DNA from: Macrostomum lignano
Lineage: Eukaryota
DNA length: 47,413 bases
Assembly: GCA_002269645.1 (NCBI GenBank)
Contig: NIVC01004392.1
Span: 1 to 47,413 of the forward strand
Direction: 5' to 3'
The position numbers and the translations under genes were made by a program. Shown here in pieces: positions 1-16,500 of this stretch (its first letter is position 1; the number at the start of each line of letters is the position of its first letter). The notes under the pieces are model-generated. The model was given only the letters and a program-made list of their open reading frames with translations. It was not told the DNA's origin and did no database searches.

Positions 1-42
1 TTGTGCTCGGAAAGCACATGTGCTCCTTCGTCTAACCTGCCC

Positions 43-757
<715 letters not shown>

Positions 758-1411
758 TTTTATCTGTGTCTGTGTATCTGTTTTTATCTACTGTCTTTGC
801 TGTGTACTTTGCTTTTTCATGTGCAGTGTCTAAGTTGGCGCATGTTCCGAAAAAACCAAATATATATGCACTACACGCAGTTCGTATAAATTCCTGGCAA
901 GCGTCCAAGAAAAAAGCTTGGCACCGCTCCAACCGTAGACAGCCGAAACCAATGCCGCCCACGCACAAGTCGGGGCCTCAATCGAGGTTGATAATAGACA
1001 AAAAACAAGTATTCGTAGAGAATGACTAATCCGTTTTTCAATCGGATAGAAAAGTTCAGTAGTCTGCGTGGGCCTTAGGATCGCAAGTCAGACAGTGCAG
1101 GCGCTCTACCGATCCGGAACTTTTTGCGCAGTTGTCAATGAACAATTTATATATTTCGCACCAGGTGTACTCGTAACAATTTTTTACTCATTCTTTGTAT
1201 AGAAAATCATAATTTACCGGTCATATTTGTTTCCAGTTAAAGCTTTAAAGGTAATAAAAATCTGTCTAAAGCTACTTCACAAGGCTGCTTTGTTTTGGCG
1301 GTTTTTATTACCGGAAAATAGTTAAGGAGCAGCACCGTTTCTATGCGACAATGGATTGAAGACAATGGATAGAACCGTACTGTCTACGGTTGTATAGGGC
1401 GTAGATTAATT

Positions 1412-1875
1412 TACGAGGGGTGTCCCAGAAGTAGTGTCACCTTTGCTTGCTTCCACAAGTATTAATGTATGTTTAAAAAATCATATGCCTTAAAAAGTTA
1501 GCGGCTTGTTTTAGCTTTCATGCCACGAAAGTCCGATTTTTATAAGTGCTTCCTGCTGTAAGCAGCATGCATTTGTTCACATACACATAGCCATAGAAAT
1601 ACACACCGCATAGTGCTTCTATGCTCACTCAGAAGAAAGCCACAAGTACAGCTGATCAAGCACAGAGTTGCAAGACAGCAGCTGCAAGATTTGTTCCAGT
1701 CATGGACCCTAACATTCACTCTACAGAAGGGCAGAGACATGCAATTTTACACTTTGGAGTCCTGGTCAAAAATGCCCTGAAATTCGCGAAAACCTGACCC
1801 GCATTCACGGTCCCGATGCCATCAGTCGACGAACAGTTTACAGGTGGATCGAACAGTTCGAGGCTGGCTGTAGAT
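1412..1875 (+). mobile_element. Tc1/mariner transposon 5' remnant (TIR plus frameshifted transposase N-terminal HTH)
   Basis: TA followed by CGAGGGGTGTCCCAGAAG at 1412 resembles a mariner TIR start. ATG at 1702 gives MDPNIHSTEGQRHAILHF, then after a frameshift WSPGQKCPEIRENLTRIHGPDAISRRTVYRWIEQFEAG (to ~1870). This matches the mariner paired-like HTH pattern QRAVI...ALSRRTVYRWF..F..G. No DDD domain or right TIR seen. Confidence 0.75.
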
Positions 1876-2399
1876 ATCAAAGGCCAACCACCTTGGCCTT
1901 AGTTTAAGACTAAGTGGCTAAAAACCTCATTGTACTTTGGTAATCGAATTTAGCCATAGCTCTTGTGCTGTCAAGCTGCCTGACTTTGTGAGTGCTAGTA
2001 CCTAGCTCACGCCAAGCTCGTAGGCAAGGAAACTCAGTGTCACGCTTTTACCCTCGCGTAAATAGCTTTTGCGTGAGCCACCACTTACTTCTCTGTCACG
2101 GATGTTCAAGGTCGTCTATTGTCTTCAATTGACCATCCGAAAAGTGACGCAACCAGCAGTCTTCGTTGTCAAACAACGGTGTAGCTCCAGGAAAAAAACT
2201 GCTTCCAAATCAGCCTGGATGTCCACTCACCTTTAGCCGAGCTGCGTAAAAAATAAAAAGGGATAATACATTTTGAAGGTTGCATGAAGAAGCTGAAAAC
2301 AGGGTGTGGTCGGGAGAGGAGAGGTGGGCTAACAGGGAGAGGTGGGCTAACGCCTCCGAATGCCGGCAATCCTGCGCGGCTGTCCCATGTCCATCCCGC

Positions 2400-2745
2400 G
2401 CCCCCGCAAGGCCCTGCTTGAACTCTACTGCAGGGACATCAGGGCGGTGACCATTGCCCTTTCAGGTCATGGCTGTTTTGCCAAGCATCATCACCACTAG
2501 GGTCCATTCTGCCTCTCCAGTGTTGAGAATGCGGAGCACTTCATCTGCGAATGCCCGTCTTTACTCAGGACAGGCTCACCTCCTGAACTCTCTCCGTAGG
2601 GGGACCGCACTGCGGACACCGGCACCACTGGGTCTCTCTGTGAGACACCGCAGCACTAGCTGCCCGTGGTCACCAGGTGTTAGCAGAATGGGCGTCAACA
2701 CCTCCCCCCGCTGTATCCGGATGCCTGGAACTCCCTGCATCTGAG
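2400..2745 (+). mobile_element. 5'-truncated non-LTR retrotransposon 3' end (LOA/R1/I-like CCHC zinc knuckle plus 3' UTR), degenerate copy 1
   Basis: Translates LLELYCRDIRAVTIALSGHGCFAKHHHH*...CLSSVENAEHFICECPSL, the GHG...C...H..C.CP pattern of ORF2 C-termini. The 3' UTR motif TTAGCAGAATGGGCG...CCTCCCCCCGCTG is shared with the copy at 20883-21175. Confidence 0.65.
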
Positions 2746-3634
2746 TTAAATGAGAGGTCGGAGTCCAGTCCAACTGAAAATAATTCATTGATTTTTAGCA
2801 GAACTGCCCACGAAGGTAAAAACGTTTCAATATATTTTAACCCAACCGACTACGGAAGAATAGGTCACAGAACTTTTTAATCACCAATCCTACGTACTAT
2901 ACTATATGATCTGTATTTGGCTTTAAGTCGAAATAAAAAACTCTCACTACACCAGGTTTTTTATGTATCACTGTTAGTGTTCTTCTTCATTGGGCAGGGG
3001 CAGTCCAGCATCTGCAAAACTGGCAATCCCAGCCGCCAATAAGCGAATCCTGTTCGTTATATAAAGATGTGGCTAGGAACCAGCACTGTTTGCCCTCTGT
3101 ATTCCAAATATCCTTTGCGGCAATCTCTAAATAGTGTCGATTCTCGTTCAACTTTGCTGCACCCATGACCTCCGCCTGGTGAGTTATTGCTGATTTTAAG
3201 TGCCAAAATATTTGTGGAAACCCGCCTTGCTGAGTAAAGACTGTTCGTAGACCAAATAAGAGCTTTACAGTTTTGGCTGAAATGTGCGCACTCTATAATA
3301 AACTGTGTGGGCAGACGAAAATAGCTTCTTGCATGGGGTGGTCGGGTTTCACCACAGTCTGGGGACGCTGCGAGCCCAGGTTCCGCCAGGGGACGCAGTG
3401 CATTTGTCACTCCTATTAATAGCTTAGTAGGAGGGTAGCCAACGAAAATCTACAAATACCAGGCAAACCAAGCGTTCTAGCTGGGAACAATTCATCTACT
3501 ACTTACTCTTTCCTTGAGAATCCTCTTTCCTTGACTCCAGAAGCATCACAACCGCAAACAATCGAGTTTAGGACTGGAAAATGTGTCTAACGCACACTCT
3601 GTTGGTTTCGACGGGCGGCAGGTCAACCACCCGG

Positions 3635-5294
3635 ATGTCCTGCTGTAAAAGTTCCTCTAAAATAACCGCTAATTGGCCTCTGCTCGTGTTAATTCTAGCA
3701 GCTTATTTACAAGTAAGTTGTTATACTGTGATTCGCAAATAATTCAATCATTTAGACTTCAGTTTGAGCAATTAATTGAGCGATGCGTTTGCATAAAAAG
3801 TAACTGATTACTTTTCAGCAATGCTCCGGTGCTAGCAACAAAGTCAGCCTCTCCGAAAGCCAAGTCAGCCAGCTGGGATTGTCCAGCCATCATCCCGCAT
3901 GCGATGAGGTTGCAACCGAGCCATCAGTACTGCATGTCAGACTGAGATCCACCTGTTCGAATCAATACTTGCGACCCGCTGCTCTGAGAGGCTGCAGTCG
4001 GCGGATTCTGGCAGCGACAAATGCCGAACCTGATGCCTGCGATTCTGCTGAGAGCTGCTCCAGGGCGGCTGGCAATGGTAAGTTATCCTTTGTTAACCTT
4101 TAGGGCCACCGGCATCTGTAAGTCGAACAGAGTTGGGCAAAATCGGGGGCATTTGGCAACTGTTAGATTTTTTCTTGCTAAGTGCTGGGCTGCATCCAGT
4201 AACTGGATCGCCGGTCACGCGCTAACTTGGGCGTGACTTTTTTAGATCGAAAAAATCTTTCTCATCGCCTAATGGTCGATTATAATTTGTCTAAAATTCG
4301 ATTCTCAAAATGAATCTTTGAAAACTTCTCTTCATTTCCTAAGATCATAAAGTCTATATTTTTGCTACTTTACTAACCCGCAGAGCTGTTCCAGCTGCAT
4401 TACTGGACTCAGCATCCGTCATATCCGTGGCGGATTCCTCGAAGCCGATTTGGGAGGGTGCAGGTTGTCAGCTTGAGGCAACGCAGACGGACGTCAGGTG
4501 GGTGTGGCGGAGCTGAACCATTTGTCTGCACCAGCAAAGACGGCGCATTCACGCTGCAGGTGAGAACTTTTTTCACATTCGAATTGTCTATCGAGCACAG
4601 TAATTGTGGGTTAGGTTTTGGCACTTTCAGGCTAGACATTCAACACCATTGTACGAATTGCAACGGCACCACGAACTAGTACTAAACCGAGGATAAAATT
4701 AGACACTGTTCATTTCGAAGTCTAACTTGCTATAAAATTATTATCAGTATAAAGAATAAATAGCCGATTATCTGCATAAACCCTACGATATAAAATTGAA
4801 AGTCAAAAACAATTAACAAATTTCAACTTCAGGAAACGATTCGAGGCGGTTCATTTTGGATGCACAACTGCGTTTTCCTACTGACGAGATCAAGAGGAAG
4901 GGAAGCAGGTCAGAAACTGCGACTATTGCCGAGGTCCTGGCACCCTCGGAGGGCGGACTCAGAGCCTGCTCCAAGGCCGAGATTAACTTGGACTTGCCGG
5001 CCTTCACTCTGGCCGCCGCGTCGGCACCAGCGACGCCGTCCGCGTTGGCTTGACGACGACTGCCATGAGGACACCGAGAGAATCCGGCATCAGACTCTGG
5101 AGCTGTGCCCAGCTGCTACTCTGCATCAGCTGAATACGCAGTGTCGGAATGATAAAGCAGCCTGCGCCAAGCTCATACACCAGATTGGCTCCGCCCGGGT
5201 GACCACCTGCGACCTTGACGACAGGCTCAAAAGAAAGTTGGAGGCAGGACGAAAGCAACTGACTAACCAACTTTTTCCGTTCCGGCGCTCTTAG
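3635..5294 (+). CDS. Secreted protein with divergent FGF (FGF8/17/18-like) beta-trefoil; 4 exons, ~324 aa
   Basis: Exons 3635-3712, 3819-4077, 4384-4559, 4833-5294. All introns are GT-AG with compatible phases (0,1,0), and there is a TACTAAC branch point at 4371-4377. Signal peptide MSCCKSSSKITANWPLLVLILAAYLQQCSG. FGF-like strands VRLRSTCSNQYL, RRILA, SRFGRVQVVSL, FVCTSKDGAF and HNCVF. The gene model is well supported; the FGF identity is a by-eye alignment. Confidence 0.65.
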
Positions 5295-6110
5295 GTTGAG
5301 TTTTTAAAAACAATTTTTGGCTTGATATCAGCTTGAGATATCAAGTGAAATCCAAAGATCCAAAGTCACTGGATCTGGTGCATTTCTTTGTACTCAACAA
5401 ATGCCCCTAGCTTGCAAGCAGCCGGACTTTTTCATTTCATTTAAACGCCGATTGTATTGTGCATCCAATGACGTCACCAGCAGCTATTTATTCGTGTCTC
5501 AGCGCCGTTTGAGTAAAATGATGCAGCACTTACAGTGTCTTTCAATCAGTCTACTTAGAAGATGCTTCATCTCATGCTTTCCGATACAGTTATCTGAATG
5601 GCAATGTCAATTTGCTTCTTAAAAATTGTGAGCGTCACAACCGTTAACTTCTGTAGTTGCTTTAATAGGAAAATATTCCCTCAATGCTACCTCCGTTTTA
5701 TCAGTTTATTCTTGTGCTTTTTGATCAAGTGCTTTTTATTCCGCTCTGCAACATAGCTGCTGCTGGTAGGGTTGACAGGGCAACCGCTTTGAATGATGCA
5801 ATAGCAGGTAAAAATCCACCACACAGTTTCTTAATTCGCCTTGATCAGATCTTGAATTTAATATTCAGTCAAATCATGCTGTTGTTGCATTTCCTACCTG
5901 TGCTAGCCGTCATTTTTTTAATTCTATACCTATTGTTTGGCCTAAATTTGTTGTTATCCAATGCACCGGTTAAAAAGGCAATTAAAAACTAAACCAATTA
6001 ACTCAACTCTTCGCCATCAACTCGTTCAGGTTCGCTCGGTTTTGTATTCCTGGCTAAACTACGTTGCTTTTCTATTTTTTGAGCTAAAAGTCAAAAAGTA
6101 CGTGTCGTGA

Positions 6111-6555
6111 TTCACAAACTAGAAACTTCACAAACTAGACACTTCACAAACTAGACACTTCACAAACTAGACACTTCACAAACTAGACACTTCACAAACT
6201 AGACACTTCACAAACTAGACACTTCACAAACTAGACACTTCACAAACTAGACACTTCACAAACTAGACACTTTACAAACTAGACACTTTACAAACTAGAC
6301 ACTTTACAAACTAGACACTTTACAAACTAGACACTTCACAAACTAGACACTTCACAAACTAGACACTTTACAAACTAGACACTTCACAAACTAGAGCTAC
6401 TTTACAAACTGCGGTAGACACTTCTCAAACTTGGGTGGACACTTCAAAAGCTTCGATAGACACTTTAAAAACTACGGTGACACTTCACAAACTGCGGTGG
6501 ACACTTCACAAACTACGGTAGCACTTTACAAACTACGGTAGATATTTTACGAGTA
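6111..6555. repeat. 16-bp minisatellite (TTCACAAACTAGACAC)n
   Basis: About 18 near-perfect units to ~6395, with blocks of the C/T variant CTTCACA/CTTTACA, then degenerate units to ~6555. Confidence 0.95.
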
Positions 6556-7214
6556 TAAACTAGACGCCTCATAGTTGAGGATTCAGAAAAGTAGTTTCCT
6601 ACAAAGAGAGATGTCTACGAGTAGTTACTCTGTTCTTGCAAGAACCATTTTCTACATTGTAAAAGTTCCCTACGAAGCGGTTTCCCCGGAAATCTATACT
6701 TTCTTTCCACTTTCTTCGCCCTAAGTGAGCGATCCCGACAAAAATCCCCAGAAACTATTTTCATTCTTCAAGCGCCTCTGTCAGGCGGAGATTGTATTAA
6801 ATGCTTCGAGTAAAGTTCGGACGCCTAAGGAAATAATGCGTCGAGGCGGAAAGAAGAAAATATCGAGAACAGAGGAACGGAAAAAGGACTCGGTAGAGCG
6901 GCTCTTTGTCGGCCTTTTGCCCATTTGCGAAAGCTCCGGATCCATCCATTCCGAAACGCTAAGTGCAGCGGCATGGCGCGCTCATTCGCTTTCTGTGGCT
7001 GAGACGCCGATAAATCACAGTCCGGGCCTTGGCTAAAGCAATTTATTTCTGCGCGGGAACCCCTTTCCCAGTCTGCCGCCCGCCAGCTGCTTGTAATTCT
7101 CCTAGAAGAAGTCCGTCTAACAGATTGCTTGCTTGGGATTTCTGTCTCGGAGGCTGGAAATGATGGCGCTTTCGCGAGGAAGAAAACTTTAGCTTTCGTC
7201 CGTTGGGTGCTTCC

Positions 7215-7680
7215 GTCTAACAAACCGGTGTCTCTATCTAACAGCCCCGTCTAACAGACTGACAACTTTGTCTAACAGACCGGTGCCTCTATCTAACAGA
7301 CTGACACCTCTGTCTAACAGACGGACACCTGTCTAACAGGCTGACTCTCCTTTCTAACAGACTGACACATTTGTCTAACAGACTGACACCTTTGTCTAAC
7401 AGACTGACACCTTTGTCTAACAGACTGAAACCTTTGTCTAACAGACTGACACCTTTGTCTAACAGACTGACACCTTTGTCTAACAGACTGACACCTTTGT
7501 CTAACAGACTGACACCTTTGTCTAACAGACTGACACCTTTGTCTACCAGACTGACAACTCTGTCTAACAGAATTTTGTCGCTATCTAACATACTCAATCA
7601 CTGTCGAACAGATCGGCGCTTCTACCTAACATATTGGCAACCCTATCTAACAGACTGAGGGGCCTATCTAACAGACTGAC
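7215..7680. repeat. 21-bp minisatellite (TTGTCTAACAGACTGACACCT)n
   Basis: Perfect core at 7371-7560 with degenerate flanks. It explains the (VSLLDKG)n and (LSNRLTP)n ORFs. Confidence 0.95.
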
Positions 7681-8002
7681 GTTCTTAGTTAAGCAAACTT
7701 TCTTAATATATATTGAATATCATGATAGTAACGTTAATAAAGAATTCAATAAACTATCGCGGTTAACTTTGACATTTTTGAATGATTGTTCAAAGAGATG
7801 TTCGTCGCTACCAAAGCGCACATTTCCAATTGCGTCTCCATTTAGGTTTTTTTATTTTTGTTTTTGCTTAGCCACAGCTCGGAGGCTCATAAATCAAGGA
7901 GGCTTATGTCACTGTTGTTGGCGGTGCGTATTAATTAACTTTTAGAAATGGCAGGTCGGTACGACACGTCAGGTAGAATCGCACAAAGACCTTTCTGGCA
8001 GC

Positions 8003-11526
<3,524 letters not shown>

Positions 11527-13573
11527 GCTTTTTTCCTGCCGAGATGAAATAACGAATCTGAGCTAGCAGAAAATAATTTCGATGTATCAAGAATTCGATT
11601 TTCAAAGAAGAAGAAATTATCTTTGCCAATGATTTGAGCTTCTCCTCTGCTTACATCAAGCCTGTTGTGAGGCATCACCTGGCATATGGTTTATACTCTC
11701 CCAAGCAGGATAGGCGGGACATCTCCCCTCACCTCATCTCGAGCGCTATTGGAAGAAGCAAAATTTCAATTTTGCACAGCGAGGAGGCAGACGAGAGTCT
11801 GAAACCATCTGGAAAAGACAAGAATTTCTCTGTGCCTACTGCTGCATAACTAAAACCAATAATCGGCTTTTTGGATTGAGGCTCGAACGCAAATGAGGTT
11901 TGGGAAGTGTTTTGCGAATCGGGGCGGAAACACTCTTGGGAATTAATAACAATTTACTTACTACAAAATTGTTAGAAACTTGGAATTTTATGGAAATTTT
12001 GCTCCCTATGTTATCATAAACGAACAGCCAAAATTATGCTAAGAGCTAAATTAAGCTTTGGTTGGTATCCAGATTTCTAGCTTCAGACACTCCTACCGGG
12101 CAGTAGCTAAAGGAGATTCCCTGTGCTGGAATGATCTGGATCACTCAGGGAAGCGAATGAAAATCGAAACTAAGCGGGTGGCTGATTGAAGCAAGCAATG
12201 AGGGTTGAAGCAACACTGCTTCTGAGCTGGACCAATTTTCTAAGATGTTAAGTGGGAAGAAGCAATATTGCCCAATTTGGAAGTTGCTGGGGTTGCTGGG
12301 GTAGAGTTGATAGAAAGCGACTCTATCATTCTGTACGAGTATACGTAGAATGAATGCTTTTTGTGGGGAAGGTGGGTGTGATTAATGATAAGTCCCACAT
12401 AGAAAAGAAAAATTTAAAATTACAGCTTTAAGCTAAAACATCCTTCGCTCATCCTACTTGCCATTTAAAGGCCCTAATTGAGACGAAATGCTTGATGGGT
12501 GACTCGCTAGGCGCTTATTTTGAAGCTGGCGCACAACTTGCTGTTCTAGAGACTCCAAATCTCGACGTTATTCGAGCAGAACATGATGGTTTCGGAAAGG
12601 GGCGCCAGTATCAGAGGTGTTTACGACTCTGTTGTGTTTTAGGATTGATTCGATATATTTGGAGACTCAATATTATAGTCAAAGCATGCACGATTTACAT
12701 TACTAAATTGCTAACTCACATTGCCACGTTGCACTCACTTATCAACAAATGTCAGAAAAAAAACTATTTAATGAGTTGTGTAAACTAAATCACGTCGCAC
12801 TGTCACAACAGACTAGACTCTGTCAAAAATGTTGCAAAAAACACGCATCTCATGGCCACTGAGCTCATAAAACAGTCAAAATAGAGCTGATTCCCGAGAT
12901 CGCCAAAATTCGAAGTTACCTGAGACCCAGCAGCTTGTCTAAAGGTGAGCTATGAGGTAAAACATTCAGTCAGCTCAGCTTAAAGTCATCGTGCAGTTGC
13001 TTCAAGTATCTTCATCTTATACCAAGCCGTTCTAATGACGTGGTTTTTCCATATGTCTGTGCGTGTTGCCATTCTTCAATGTTCCAGAAGGTGACACATT
13101 GTCTATTTGATGCCAAAGAAACATGAAAACTTCCCATCATCCTGCCAATGGCAACGAGAAATTTGCAAGGGTTTCAAGTATTAGTAGCAGTGAGGATAGA
13201 AAGCATGCCCTGGCACGTATGTTAGAAGCAAACTAAAAAAACTGAAATTTTAAATTAGAGAAAGCACTCAGCAGTTTGTTTGCACTGCTCTGGTCGAGTG
13301 CAGCTGATCCAATATTCACCCGTCGCAGTCACCCTAATAATTCAACCAAAATCTGCGTATTTTTGTTGAATCTATTTTTAAAACAACGATATTTTGTTGA
13401 TCCCTCAAGCGCGGCACGTGAGTTCAAAGAAGATAGGTAATAATTAAAGACGTACAATTGCTTGTTGACAATTCTTATTGAATTTCAGTTATTGCGCTTG
13501 TCAGTGTATTTGTCTTTTATTGTTGCGGCTTCAGTTTCAGTTTTTTCAGTGTTTGTGACACCTGCAAGGACTG

Positions 13574-16500
13574 TCACTCGGACGCCATGGTCTTCTCAAT
13601 CCAGTCAATGTTGGCGGTGACGTTCGCATAAATTCCTGGAAAGTACTCGTTGGCGCAGCCTACACCACGGGAGATGATACCGGATAGAAACCAACCTTTT
13701 CTGGCCGAATTGTAGCACATCAGAGGGCCACCGCTGTCGAACTGTGTTGGATGGAGTTTTACTCGTATAGCATTAGGAATGTTGCATTTACCTAGTTTTA
13801 ACGTTATATCAAGTGCCGGGATAGGGTTTTGAGTGTATATACGCGTGTCTAAATCACTCCATTGAATCGTGTCTAAATCGCTGATTGAATCGTGTCTACA
13901 TTGTTGTTTAAATCGTGTCTAAATCGCCCATTGAGTCATGTCTAAGTTGCCCATTGAGTCGTGTCTAAATCGCCCATTGAGTCATGTCTAAGTTGCCCAT
14001 TGAATCGTGTCTAAATCGCCCATTGCATCGTGTCTACATTGCCGATTGAGTCGTGTCTAAATCGCCCATTGAATCGTGTCTAGATCGCCCATTGAATCGT
14101 GTCTAAATCGCCCATTGAATCGTGTCTAAATCGCCCATTGAATCGTGTCTAAATCGCCCATTGAATCGTGTCTAAATCGCCCATTGAATCGTGTCTAGAT
14201 CGCCCATTGAATCGTGTCTAGATCGCCCATTGAATCGTGTCTAAATCGCCCATTGAATCGTGTCTAAATCGCCCATTGAATCGTGTCTAAATCGCCCATT
14301 GAATCGTGTCTAAATCGCCCATTGAATCGTGTCTACATTGCCGATTGAATCGTGTCTGAATCGCCCATTGAATCGTGTCTACATTGCCGATTGAATCGTG
14401 TCTAAATCGCCGAATTAATTGTGTCTAAATCGCCCCATTCCGGCCTGTCTAAATTGCTCCATACTCACGACAGAGTAACGTGTTCACACCTGAATTCCTT
14501 GGTCATTAGCCATGTACACGCTACAAATAGAATCGCACGATAACTAAAGATCGAAGATCTAAATTAGCATTTTCTTTCCTAAATTTGAACCAAGGACCTC
14601 TAGGCATCGAAATTAACTCGCGCATTTTGCCTTCCCAAAAATTTACCTGACAAGCGTCGGTGGCGTGGCTCAATCCGGCTGCGCAAAGTTCTCCAGGTTT
14701 GAAGCTGCCGGGCTCCATCCAATTGTAAGTTTGACAGTGCACTGGGTTCAGAACATCGACTTTTGCATGCCTCAGTACCGAAGAGTGCACCCGCGCTGTG
14801 AAAAACGTTAGATCCATTGATGAGAAATTCCAATTGAAAAGGTAATGTGATGTAACCACGCTCTGGTCGCAGGATACGGCAGGGGAAATTTTTCGAAAGT
14901 ACCTCCGATCTCCGTGCACCTCCTGAGCAGAGCCGTCGAGACTGGGCCAGGTCTTTGACCAGGCCTGCAGACTCCCGCTCTGCTGCACCCCCTGCTGCCT
15001 CGGCTCCGTCTCCCACTCTGCCACACATGCCTTTCCGGAGCCCCTATCTCTCTCTGTACCTCACCCGCTCCCCTATCTCCTATGCGCTCTACCCTATTCA
15101 TTATGTACTCTTCCCGATTCCCGTCTTTTTGTCTCTTTGTGCACTGTTTTCCTGCGCTGTCCCACCTTTTTCGGTGTCTACTTACAGTACTTTGTGCGCT
15201 CACCGTCACCCCACCCCTTCTAAAACTCCCAAACGGTGACGCAAGTCTTGTGAGCCCTCTTTCCCTTCAATGACTCATCGATGACTCATCCCCCTCTCTT
15301 GCGCAACCTTTTCTCATGCCATTGTTCTCCTCCCCAAATTTCTCATACGACACCCACCTCACCTCCGCTTCTATTGTTCGCGTTTTTTATTCCTTTGTTC
15401 TCTTTCGCACCCAATTATCACATTTTCCCAGATTTTCTCTCGCTTTTGTTCTCGTTTTCGCACCCGATTAGCACCTTTTCTTCAATGTTTATTTTTCTAT
15501 TGTTCTCGATTCTCCCCAATTATCCCCGATTTCCATTTCCTTTGTTCTCGACCCCAGCCGTATTGTTCTCAATGTTTGCTTGCGCAACACTTTCGCGACC
15601 TCCCGCTGCGCCAATTATCCTCCAACCCTACCTCCGGATTGCGCAATTTTCCCATTTCTCATGTTTCTATGCCGTTCTCATGCTTCTCATCATGACTCAT
15701 TCTGACGTCATTTTGCCGGCAGCCAATCAGAGAGAGGGAGTCATGGAAACGACCTTGGAGCGGCGGCTGGGAAGGCTATTTAAGGAAGCGGTTTTCGGCA
15801 TGAGAATCCCCAGAAGCGTTACTTCGGCTCTCCTCTGGTCCTTCTATGGACTTGCTGTCAGACCTTGATCTGACCCTTTCGTCTATAGGACGAACCTCTG
15901 CCGGTCCGCGGTCTGTTACCGCCAAGTCACCAAGTGAGCTCGTCTGCCGGCCAACCGCCCAGCATCTTCAGCATCGCCTGAACTACATCAGCGCCTCGTC
16001 GCTTCAGCGCATCGCCGCTTCCCAGTCTGCCTGACTGCAGCCAACAGCCGCCCACGGTCACTCCGTCGCTCCCTCTCTCTGTGCAGCTGCCGGTAAGTTC
16101 CTGTTACTAATTTGTCCTCTAATTGCCTTGCTTATCCGGGGCTTGCCTATTTTCCATTGCTTGATTAGAGAGCTGAGCCAGTTGTGATACCGTATTATTT
16201 GCTGTATTTTACTCAATAGTGAAGCCGCCTAATTGCCTGATTATCTTACCTAAGGGCCTAATTATTAACTATTACTAAACTCCTCATTATTCACACTTTC
16301 AACATCATTTCACCCATGGCTCGCTAAGCCTTTCTCCCTGGGTGGCAAAGCATAAGGAAGTTTGGGTAAGCTAATGGCCTCTCCCCGTGCAAAGCTCGCC
16401 TGTGTGCGCGTGCTGCGGGTCCGAGTGTGCGTGCAGTAGAGGGAATTAGCGAGTCTTGGCACAGAATGGCAGTAGGAAGGTTGCAACCCCATGCTGACGC

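Noticed and set aside
6725-7223. Overlapping 103- and 132-aa ORFs
   Set aside because: No recognisable motif or splice framework; possibly a decayed repeat.
6111-7680. CRISPR-like appearance of the 16- and 21-bp repeats, and of the other short arrays in the window
   Set aside because: Units are directly adjacent with no unique spacers, there are no cas genes, and the context is eukaryotic and intron-rich.
15281-15868. 195-aa hydrophobic ORF
   Set aside because: It translates a pyrimidine-rich low-complexity tract inside an intronic insertion and shows no family features.
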